64,000 nucleotides of DNA from Lepidodermella squamata (lineage: Eukaryota > Animalia > Gastrotricha), in NCBI GenBank assembly GCA_047495785.1, contig JBLDXI010000074.1, positions 1,550,001 through 1,614,000 of the forward strand. Reading direction: 5' to 3'. The translations under genes were made by a program, and so were the position numbers. Positions 14,301-24,872 of the stretch are shown one piece after another. Below the pieces are notes generated by a model that saw nothing but the letters and a program-made list of their open reading frames with translations, was not told the DNA's origin and ran no database searches. Position 1 is the stretch's first letter. Each line of letters begins with the position of its first letter.

Positions 14301-14869
14301 TCTCGGCCATGTCGGCGTCGCAGCTGCTGAGCGGCGGCGGCAGCCTGTCGAGTCTGGCGGGCAGCGGGCAGGCGAGCGGCGGCTACGGCATCGCGCCCGC
14401 CTCCGTGCTCCTGAACCCGTCCGTGTCGGCGATGCCGGCGGACAAGGCGCAGTGGGACCGGTGGGTGGACTACAACGTGAAGACGTTCCTGTACCCGTTG
14501 TCGCGCGAACTCAGCTCGGCGCTGTACGACGTCGGCAACCGGTTGCTGGCGAACGACTCGGGCATCGAGGTGGACACGAGCGGGCGCGCGGCGTCGGGCA
14601 AGCCGGCGCGGCGCGTGCTCGTCGTCACGTCGGCGAACCGCGGCCAGTCGATCGTGGACGCGCACGACGCGGTGCGCGGCCTGCAGGCGGACGTGGGCGT
14701 GCTCGCCGTGACGCAGTACGTGCAGAGCCCGGTGCTGGCGCGCCTGCTGCGAAACAACATCGCCCTGCCGTCGTCCAACTTCGCGTACCTCGACACGATC
14801 GCGGCGCTGAAACAGGAGCTCGGCCACGACGGCCTCGGCGCCACCACGCGCAACCTGCTCTGCCTATAG
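5355..14869 (+). CDS. Large secreted multi-Sushi (CCP) protein, ~2250 aa, 12 coding exons: N-terminal beta-rich domain, 14 Sushi domains with Pro/Thr/Gln linkers, C-terminal degenerate vWA domain
   Basis: Exons read by GT-AG and frame continuity: 5355-6281, 6614-6821, 7189-7986, 8542-9246, 9456-9587, 9641-9991, 10046-10225, 10287-10370, 10511-11179, 11418-11543, 11601-11900, 12594-14869 (6756 nt, in frame). The C-G-x-P-P-x-V-x-N...G-D-x-V-x-Y-x-C-x-x-G-Y/F...C...G-x-W-S...C pattern recurs. A hydrophobic signal-like stretch (AVLVFAVAVVAAALL) lies in exon 1. The start codon is uncertain (5355 or ~5664). AATAAA at 15084. Confidence 0.85.
12594..14869 (+). CDS. Last exon of the Sushi gene: six Sushi domains (five are recent tandem duplicates) and a vWA-like domain
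   Basis: Five repeats share FDxxRS(Y/F)SDQ(I/V)xCxP(D/E)GxWSxxPVC. The tail GCPDTHLVVLAD...RRVLVVTS...VGVLAVT...LLCL follows the vWA strand/helix pattern with flanking Cys. Confidence 0.85.
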
Positions 14870-16810
14870 CATGCTTGCAGCTATGATCCGATCCGATGCG
14901 ACACTCTCAGACATTACAGTTGTTGTAGCTTGATCTATAACTGCTAATTGTGCGAAACTCCTTGTTCCTTTCTCTCGTTCTCTCTCTCTCTCTGTCTATC
15001 TCGTGCGCGCTACCTCGCATTCATTTTCGCGCAGAAGTTAGCAATTTTCATTTTCCATTGAAGTTTATGCCAAATGCATTGTAAATAAAAGAAGAATCAT
15101 TGTCGATATTGCTTGCATAGGCAAGGCCGTGATCTGTGCGAGTAGCTGTTAGCTAGCTACCTGTCTGTACTGTTTGTCGTTGCAAAGCACAAGACAATAT
15201 GAAGGCTTATATATTGTAGTAAAATGAGTTCAATAATTGACCTTGCCCTATCAGTTAATTGTGACGATGGATGGCTATGATGATGATGATGAGCTTTTTA
15301 CACGGTGTCAAAATTGTACCAAAAAATACCTGTTATTTATTTGCGATGACCACTTACGAATGACAAAAAGAGCGCTTCTTCTACTCTCAATTTCCTGATC
15401 TATAACACGTTATGCGCGTTCTTCTTCTTTTGTAAATACTCCTGCTGTTCTCTACTGCCTATCTATTATTATAGAAGAAATTTCACTATTTTTGCTACCA
15501 TTAAAAAGTGAGTACATCGTAATTATTATTTCTTACCAATCCAAATACATGTTAATACTATGGGATCTACTGTTCGCAGTGATGTGAAACCACTTGTTGT
15601 GCCGAACATAGCTACTTATTGGTGTTTGTTCTCCGAAGAATTGACGAAAGAAAGAATCTCCTGCTTTCAAGTTGTTCACAGGCCACTCTTTCTCTTTTGC
15701 CAGTTGCACCTCGATTTCATCCTCTGCGAATACTACACCTATTTAATTGATGCTTCAATTAATTCAAAATTCAAAATATATGCCTGCCTGCCTGCCTGCC
15801 ACACAGCTCAATCTAAATCTTAACTGAAGAATGTTCCGTTACTGTATGACACAAGTTGCGTATACTTATATTATGGTAATATTTCTGCTTCTATTGCTGC
15901 TGCTGCTGCTGCTACTGTTGCTACCTATATAGTAATAGCGTCATCTAATAACTCGTTTACTGCTCGCGCCGTTCAGTTTTCGTTGTTTTCGTCAACTTCA
16001 AACAAGAAGTATAACAACTCGTGTAACCTGTCTGTTTTTTTCATATATGTAACGCAGCGCAGTAGTAGTAGATATAGCAGCTGATTGAATGTTGAAGATG
16101 ACTTTATGACTTTATGTAGCAATCGGCCCATGCATGTACTAGCGGTCTATTGTTGTGTTCATCCTTCGATGATGTCTTACCAAACTGCCCTGATGATGAT
16201 GATGATGATGATGTCCTTGATTTGTGCCTTGATTTTATAATAATTAATAGAACTATACTTATACTGTTATTCAAAATCGACTTAGTCATGACGAATTGCT
16301 ATACTTTGTATACAACATGCAAATTATATAATATCTTATTATACTATAGATAATGATGATATCATCTTCAAATGTGCAACTATATCGTATTTATATGATG
16401 TTCTTTTTAATGTGTACGTCTTGTGTGTCATCATTCTCTGCAACTACTTTTTCATCTTTGTACATATATGATATTACTTATTTATATATTTATAGCTTCG
16501 CGACTTGCTCTTCTATTTATATTACATATGAGACTCTGCGAATGATGGGTGAAGTTTGTAAAACCACGACGAGACTTGCAATTTTGAGATCAAATCTATT
16601 GATAATTAATAAAAACCATCAAATTCGATATATACACAATGCGGTTTACCAGAAAACAAAACAAAAAGTTGGTTCAAATTAGTGTGGGCGTAGATAACGC
16701 TCTATTTGTTTATTAAGGTAATAAACACAACCAAGTTGTCACGTGAAAAATAACTACAAAGCAGATGGCTTCATCAATCTTCTTTCTGCTCTTCCTTTAG
16801 AATTCCGAAT

Positions 16811-19676
16811 TCAACACGTGAATCGAGCGGCGGATAAAATCGACTCGAAGACGTATGTGATTTCGGCGCATTTGAGCTGAATCGCGTAGACGGCGATCGA
16901 CCCGCCGCCCGTCAGTTGGCCCAGCTTCGGCCGAACCGCAAAATCGTCGTTGATCAGAGGCTGCGTTTTTTTTCGCATAAGTAGTCACAATTTATTTCAT
17001 GCCTGTTAAGTAAAAAAGAATGCTCAACCTACCTGGCAAGTCTGCGTTCGATAGTCGAAGGCCTCTTCGCCGCAGCAGCGGTAGAAGGCGAATATCGACG
17101 GTGCGATGAAGAAGACGCGATTCTGAAATATTTATTCAGTTTTTCATTAAATTATTGTAAGCACTACTACATGCCGCTACTTCTTTTGGCCTTCTTCTAA
17201 TTTTCTCAGTTTCATAATATTTTACCTGGCACGTGAGTGGCTCGTGGTCGTCGGGCAAGAAAACAGCCCGAGCAGTTTCCGTTGTAGTCGTCGTTGTCGT
17301 CGTCGTAGTAGTCGGTGCGGTCGTCGTCGTCGGCGGCGGCGGCGGGTATAACTCTGCTGCGAGGCTGTCAACAAACGATGATGCCGCATTCGAACTGCCA
17401 ACTCCACGCTATGATCAAGATTCATTCATTCAGTTATATGTATTGGAAAAACTGTTCGTGCTGGGAGAACTTACAGCTTGATTGCTGGTGCAGTTGTACG
17501 ACCGCGTGTCGTAGATGACCGTCTGCGCGCAGCAGGCCAGCGTCGGCACGATGCGCCGCAACGCGCCAATGTCCTCGAATGCGAAATTGCGAAAAAAGCA
17601 ACAGAACATGAACGATTCAAGTCGTCGAAAACTCTCGAAGAAAACTTACGACCTGCCCACACATCTGAATGCGCACGAAAAAGGCATTGTGCAATTTTTC
17701 ATTTGAATAATTGGAAAAATTTTACCTCTCGTTGCTGTTCAGAAATAAAAAAAAAACAGATGACTTTTGAGAATTTTATGGAGACGTCTCAACAACTTAC
17801 GTGGTGCGATAACTTGTTTTCGAAGGCAGCAAACTCGCGACTGGTCAACTGCTCTTCGTAACTGGAAAAGCTGCTGTAGTAAGGCCTGTTGCGCCGCCGC
17901 GAAGGCGCAGTCGCCTCCAGTGTCGTCGTCGTCGTCGGTGCAGCAGTGGTTGTCGTCGAAGTCGAAGTTGTCGATCTCTGGGAACGCTCCTAACTCGCAC
18001 TTTCAAAACCTTAGCAGTTCCGAATGGTAGAAAACATACGTATTCCCAGAATTCGTACGGGCTAACGTCCAAGTCAAGGCTGAATGGGCTGCGGTAGACT
18101 GCTGCCTGTTGCGCAACCTCGTCATTCTCAGGTAGTTGTTTTAGCTCAGGCGCCGATGCCTGCGATTAATTCGACAACCCTTAGTTGTTCGTCAACTGTT
18201 CAAGTAAGGTTAAACTGTTATTCTTACGGCCGAGTGCAGCACACTGTTAAACGTCGAAACGGCAGCGCTGTTTCGCTGAAACGTAAGTATACAATTCATG
18301 AGACGTTGGACTGTATTATACAGGCAAAAAACATTGTATACCGAAGACCGATCGGAAGGAGCATCCGTTGTAATGCTGGGCGCTTCGGTGTTTCGCCTGC
18401 GCGAACCGCCGGCGAGTTCGACCATGAAAGGCTGCGCCGTCGGTTGAGCCCGCCAAATCGGCCACGGCATCGTCGGTCTGTTGCCGGATGGTTGCGGCTG
18501 GCGGCGGCCGAGCGGCATCGGCGCCAACAGCCCGCCGAACGCGTCCACAGCCGCCGCGTCGTTCTGCACCGGCGCCGCGCCGGCTGGGTAGTCGGCGACC
18601 ACCTTGTCGGCACGTGGCCGAACTCCGAACCTGTTATCGAGTTCGCAAATCATAGCTGTGGATCAAAATATTGCTCGTGCAGGATAATTACGCGAATGTG
18701 CCATTTTTCAGGTAACATAGCCGTTGGCCGTCATTGCAGCACCCGAACACAACCGAAGGATCTATAAAAAGACGAAATACACAAGAGGAGTTTCTTTTTA
18801 TCGCGTGAAGGAATCATCACGAATAGGTTTTACCTTCGTAGACTTGGCCTCCGCAGCACAGTTCGTGCGATGGGTTGTAGAAGTCTTCGCCACAAGCCAG
18901 GTAGTACAACATGTTGCCCACTAATCAAGGCAAGAGAAATAATTATTGAAATGATCATTGAATCTTCTCATGAGACTAGACGCTATATGAGTCGGAATCA
19001 TACCAGGGGTGAGGAATCGGGATTAGGCGGGGGGAATAATTCGAGAAATTTTTAAGAATTTTTAGATTTCTAACAGAGGGAAAGTTGAGAAAATGGTCAG
19101 ACTCTTTTAGCATTATGAGAAATTCCAACTTTGCTGTCGGGAAGTACTGCGTCGGGTAGTGTTCAACCCCAAGCTCGGGCGCTGTCAACGGTCCGATTTA
19201 TGCTATATGGAAACATGAAATTACGCGTTGATGGCGTATTGCTGTACTGGCGCCAGTGCCTCGCCTGCTGCTGCTGTTGCTGAGGCGGGTGATGCTTCTG
19301 GTAACGCTGCTGCTGTTCGATCACCGACGGCTGCCGCTGATACTGCTGCTGCTGCTGCTGGTAAGGCCCATACTCGAGCTGCTCCTGTTCGGGCTGAACA
19401 TACTTGGGCCGAGAATAGTAACCGCCATACCTGAATATCGCAAGAGTTATATATCGGATGCATTATTTTCGAAATCAATCACCAGTCTTTGCCGTTATCG
19501 CCGTCGTAGTAAGGCCGGCTGCTCGGCATCAGGTGCCGCGTGTTGAACACAGCCTGGTTGTGATTCGCGTTGTACAGCTGCGACCAGCGCTGCGCCCAGT
19601 TGCCTGATACCCGCGGCACTTCAAAGAGGATGACAGCCGAGATGGCCATTATCATCAAGTGGAGAACAAACGCCAT
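16811..19676 (-). CDS. Multi-exon (about 14 or more) secreted protein with a Gln/Tyr-rich N-terminus, Thr-rich mucin-like tracts and galaxin-like di-cysteine repeats
   Basis: Signal peptide MAFVLHLMIMAISAVILFEVPRVSG (19676-19483). Exon 19430-19225 reads WYGGYYSRPKYVQPEQEQLEYGPYQQQQQQY. Exon 18920-18834 contains ACGEDFYNPSHELCCGGQVYE. A later exon reads TLACCAQTVIYDTRSYNC, and exon 17122-17033 contains FYRCCGEEAFDYRTQTCQ. Thr tracts lie at ~17970-17900 and ~17340-17280. The putative last exon is 16960-16811. Most introns are 45-76 nt GT-AG. Junctions near 19130-18920 and 18716 are unresolved. Confidence 0.7.
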
Positions 19677-21111
19677 CCTAAAACGTATGAGCAGTCTCGA
19701 TCCTATGAACAAGTGGTTGGCTGTATTCAGAGGGTGCACCCAAACCACATGCTGTATGTGGCCTGATATTTCGAGCCGCTGATTCTCGTCAGTATCTTCT
19801 CGCAATTAAAGCTGACTAATCTAAAAAAAACTAGCCATTCTTTGTTGTATCGTTTACTTTTCGAGAACAGAAAATTGTGAAAGAGCGCAATCGTCATATT
19901 GGGCGACTGATAATGAATAAAAAGCTATGTAAACACTATTGATTGAGCGCCGAGCGATTCTCGGAGAGAGATCAGTGATAACAGAAATAGGGAATGGAGG
20001 TGAAAAAGCGAGCAAAATGTTTGCTTCAAGCAGCGATAAGTAACGCACGACGCGTGAGATTTTTGCACAGCTCTCTATCACAATATACCAAGCGAGTCCT
20101 TTTCTTCAATGAACAATGAAAGTGTTATTTTGAAAAACATTGTCAAGCGTTTTCTCTCTCTTACTAAATACGAGAGTATAATTTTCGCGGTGTGTTGCAA
20201 TTAAAGCTTAAAATACCGCTGCAGTCGTTAGTCCAGCTTTCTTCAACATTAAAAACACTGTTTGGCGTCCACTTTTCTCTCAAATACGTAGTACCTGTTA
20301 TTATCATAATCAGCAGGGTAAACACATCCGGGAAACACATCCGCAAGTCCAGCAATCCGCTAGCTTGCCGAATTTCACCACCACGATGACCATACGATTA
20401 GAGAGAGAAATTTCCGAGTCTTACTCTTCCATCCCTTATTCACCCATTTTCTTCTCATCTTCTCTTCCTTCTCTATTTAAAACTCCTCCACTTGGCTTCA
20501 TGCATTTTTCTTCGAATAGCTCTTCCTTTCTTCACTCTTATAGAAAAACTGTGGTGTTTTCAGTGGCTGAATAATGACGCGAGCCGCAGTTAGCTTTCGA
20601 CTAGTGGTTAGCGAGCGCAGATTGATTCGGAAAATTATGTTAAGGTGCAAGTTTTAACTTGCTTTCGTAATTCTTACTAATATAAAACTCACTAGCAATA
20701 AAAATCACCTACGAATTCGGAATTGAGTTCAAGACATCAGCATAGAACATCAGCTGTCAGGAAATGCAATGGGATAATTATCCAAATCTTCACTGACAGG
20801 TTCGACAGTTGCAGAAGGAAAGGTTCAACGGGGCAGATGCCGTAGTCCAGATATAACGCAGTCCAGTCAGCTGCAACATGCTGCAACTGAAAACTCAGCT
20901 TTTCGAGAAATCTATATGAAGTCTCACTCTAAAATATCTCAAGAGCTTTCATCCTGACAAGCATGCCTCAGCTCCACACACAGTCACTGCGATGAATACT
21001 GATGTCTGAAGTAAATGACCAAATGACCAAATGAATCAGTTTTATTTTTCGTCCTCCGTAGGCATGTGATGTTAATATTAGAGAGTAGAAAAAGGCCTTA
21101 CCCGTGGGGGT

Positions 21112-21480
21112 TTAGGGGACGGCTGACGACAGGCGATCGGTTTCAGGGGCCGACAGATCGGTCGCGAACAACCTGCTTTTGCCCAACAATTCATAATTTT
21201 CGATGCTATTGCACACTAATTGCCATTCATCCCGATCTCTGGCAGTTATTTCCGCTAATTCTAGATCCGCACTCTTGTGAATTTCAGTGCGTCGCATTAA
21301 CAGGGTCGACTTACGAGGTCTCCCGCGTCTAACTGGCTCATTTGGGTTTTTAATATATTTCACATGAATATCGAACAAACCAATTTTAAGAAGACTCCTT
21401 TTCAAGCTATCGGTCCAGCGGGTTGGCGGTTTACCGCGAGGGAAGCAACAACTCGGGTCGAACGCTTTCCAATGATATAT
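21112..21480 (-). mobile_element. Degenerate 3' fragment of an RTE-like non-LTR retrotransposon ORF
   Basis: W...PRGKPPTRWTDSL...ARDRDEW matches the C-terminal RPRGRPxxRWxD...AxDRxxW motif of RTE-clade reverse transcriptases. Confidence 0.6.
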
Positions 21481-23255
21481 GGCATTCGTGAGGCTTTCAG
21501 TGTCATACTTGTCTTGGCGAATAATATGGGCATTCATTTCCCAAGTACCTCGATCAGTACTTATGGTTTCAGTTCTTAATATTGAATACTAATTGACAGC
21601 ATGCATGCACCGCAATACCGCAAGTATGACATAAGCTGACATCTGAGTTCATTATATCATACGTAATACAGGTCTTATTTCTCAAGTTCGAAGTTACACC
21701 AGTCCAGCCTTGATTGTCCGATATTGTTATTTTCTTCTTCACTCTCTCAACTTGCGTGTTTCAGCAAACTGCTTTTTGGCAATCTATTCATAGATATTCA
21801 CTTTTCCTAAGAAAATCAATGACATTGTTTTCGGTATGTGTTGCAGCTCCGGTACCTACTAATCATCTGGTTCAAAATGATGGATTCTGTGGTAAGGCAG
21901 TGAAACGCGCTGAACCAACATACAAATACAATACAATGTGTTTTATTGCTGTTAACCCAGTTGAATTAAGTCATTAACTAGTGGTAGATCGGTTATCATA
22001 TCAATTTCAGAGTAAACTAAATTACAAAAGCATGGGACAAGATAAGGCTAACGAGATGAGGCTAACAGAGAAACTCAAACACGCATCACACAGCTAATCG
22101 CACGTGGTGCGGCTGTTGCGAGGAACAACGTTTCTATAATTTTTGAAAATATATTTTTTATAATACAATAATAATTTAAACCATATTCAAATTGTATTAA
22201 AAAATAAAGTTGATAAACAGAAAATGATGATTGATCAGTTCCTCCAAAAAATCGCTTCGGAAAAAATCGGAAAGTCTGGCGATTTAAAGGTTCATGCTCG
22301 AGAGTGTCGCAAACGATGGCTTATCGGTTCTGAACTATTTAAGCTGCATTGGTGATACGTTGAGTCTTCTGTTGAGCAATATCGTGAGTTAAACCGACCT
22401 TCATTCGATAATTTGCGTTGCCTGTTGCCTCGGGCCATCACATTCGATCGATGTCGTTGGTCGAAGAAGTTGTGCGTAAGAAAACTGATTGGATACCTGC
22501 TCGCAACATCACTTTCCTTGATTTAGCGACTATCGAATATTTTATGTGCCTGGCTATGGCTATCTTATCGAACTCTGGACTCTGGACTTTGGACTTTGAC
22601 CCCTTACACTGGGCATCATGTAAACGTTGCTATGAGTTACACCAGGGTGGCCTGATCTTTGTGTTCACGTGACAGCTGGTGCTTATTCATTCAAGTAATG
22701 CGCATGTATTACAAATATCATCTCGAAGCTCGTTTTAAATTGAGATTCGAATTGCGTGGCATTACACTGTGTGGCGTACAGCATGCGCCCATTACTAGGG
22801 AAGAAATCGCGTGTTTTAAGCGAATTTTATTGTTTTATTTGCTCTAAGAATTTTCAATTTGAATTTAGGGTTAACTCCAATCCGCTCTGCCTTTTTTGTT
22901 TTGTTTCAGATATGATCGGGTTTAACGAGCTTTACTTCTCCCCTCTTTTAACTGTAGTTACGTGATCTAGAATCGAACAAGTACTTTCTACTTTTATATG
23001 CAAGAACAATGTTTATACTGCATAAAAACCTGATAATTTCTCTCCCGATACGCTTTGAATCAATCCTGATTTGAACCACTGACTATAAGTTGAGTCTTCA
23101 AGCATTGAATGTATGCTTTTTCAACACTTTAAGATTGTATGCTTTGGGAAAGACCCTTTCAGGCGTCTTAACTTCTGAATCGAACTATCCCTGTTTTTTG
23201 TTGATGCTAACTGACGTTGTTTAATATATAGGGCCTTCTTAATATTGTTGTGAAG

Positions 23256-24872
23256 ATGGCCTGTATTCCGGAATTTTTCGCATCCAAGAACATATTGATA
23301 ACAGGTGGCACCGGTTTTATCGGCAAGGTGCTCATCGAAAAGTTGTTGCGGTGTTGTAGTAAATTGGACAAAATCTACGTTGTTGTGCGGGCGAAAGGCA
23401 ATGCAAATGTGAAGGAACGCGAGAAGAAGTTTATTCAATGCAAAATCTTCGATCACCTACGCGGCCGTGACAACGTGTTGTCGAAGATTGTATTCCTGAG
23501 CGGCGACATTCAGCAGCCGGCGCTCGGGCTCAGCCAGGACGACATTGAACATTTGGCGGCCGTCGTCGACATAGTCTTTCACTGTGCTGCTACTGTAAAA
23601 TTCGACGAGCCTATCATGTGAGAATATACTCGTTCTACTTTGGGGTCATGCAATATAATTTTTTGTTCTACTACGAATAGGATTGCGCTACAGCAGAACG
23701 TAGGCGGCACGCTGGAGCTGATAAATCTGGTGAAGCGGTTCGCGCACCTGCAGTGCCTCGTGCACCTGTCGACGGCGTACGCGAACTGCGACCTGGCGCA
23801 CATCGAGGAACGGCTGTACCCGGTGGCGATGGACCCGCACAAAGTGCTGGAGCTGGCGTCGTGGATGCCGGAGGAGACGCTGACGAAGATGACGCCGGCG
23901 CTGATCGGGTCGAAGCCGAACACGTACACGTTCACGAAGCACCTCGCCGAAGTGTTGGTGGTGGCGGAGTCGCCGGTGCCGACGGCGATCGTGCGGCCGT
24001 CGATCGTGGGCGCGTCGTGGCGCGAGCCCTTCCCCGGCTGGATCGACAACCTGAACGGGCCGTCGGGCGTGTTCGTGGGCGCCGGCAAGGGCATCCTGCG
24101 CGGCATGCTCGTCGACCGGCACTGGCGCGCCGACATCGTGCCGGTGGACCTGCCGGTGAACCTGATGATCGCGAGCGCGTGGCACATGGCGTCGCAGCCG
24201 CGCACCGAACGCGTCTTCTACAACTGCACGGTGGACGAGGCGAACGCGTGCACGTGGGGCGAGATGGACGCGATCGTCAACTCGTACTTCGAGAAGACCC
24301 TCCCGCTCGAGAACGTGTACCGCTCGCCCAAGTGCCACCTGATGGAGAGCGAGTCGCAGTACGTGGTGCGGTCGTTCATCGGCCACCGGTTGCCAGCGCT
24401 CGTCGTCGACGCGGCGTGCCGGGCGGTGGGGCAGCGGCCGCGCCTGCGCTCGCTGTACGCGCGCGTCGAGAAGATGGTGTGGACGCTGCAGTACTTCGCG
24501 AAGGGCCACTGGGCGTGGACGCGGGCGAACGTGCGGCAGCTGCAGGCGCTGATGGCGACCGAGGACGCGCTCGTGTTCTACGTGCAGTACGACGCGTCGC
24601 TGTCGTGGCGCCAGTACCTGCACGACTTCTGCTTCGGCGTGAAGAAGTACCTGCTGGGCGAGGACTGTTCGGAGAAGCGCGTCGGCGAGCTGCGGGTGCG
24701 CATGCAGCGCGTCAAGGTGGCCTACGCCGCGCTCAAACTGCTCGCCGTGCTCGCGCTGTGGCGGTGGGTGGTGGGCGCGTTCGCGGGCGGGCGGCGCGTG
24801 CAGGCCGCCGCGCTCCGCCTCGCCTCGTTCCTCTTCAGCCTGTTGTCGCGCTTCTTCCTGCCCCTGCACTGA
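23256..24872 (+). CDS. FAR: Fatty acyl-CoA reductase (FAR, male-sterility family), 517 aa, two coding exons 23256-23617 and 23681-24872
   Basis: Rossmann motif TGGTGFIGK, HCAATVKFDE, STAYAN, catalytic YxxxK (PNTYTFTK), IVRPSIV..S..EPFPGW, and a C-terminal hydrophobic anchor. The 63-nt GT-AG intron joins FDEPI-M-IALQQNVGGT in frame. Confidence 0.95.

Noticed and set aside
5355-24872. Functional cluster of Sushi, galaxin-like and FAR genes for a secreted coat or adhesive
   Set aside because: Adjacency is the only evidence; no shared regulatory motif or co-expression can be shown from the sequence.
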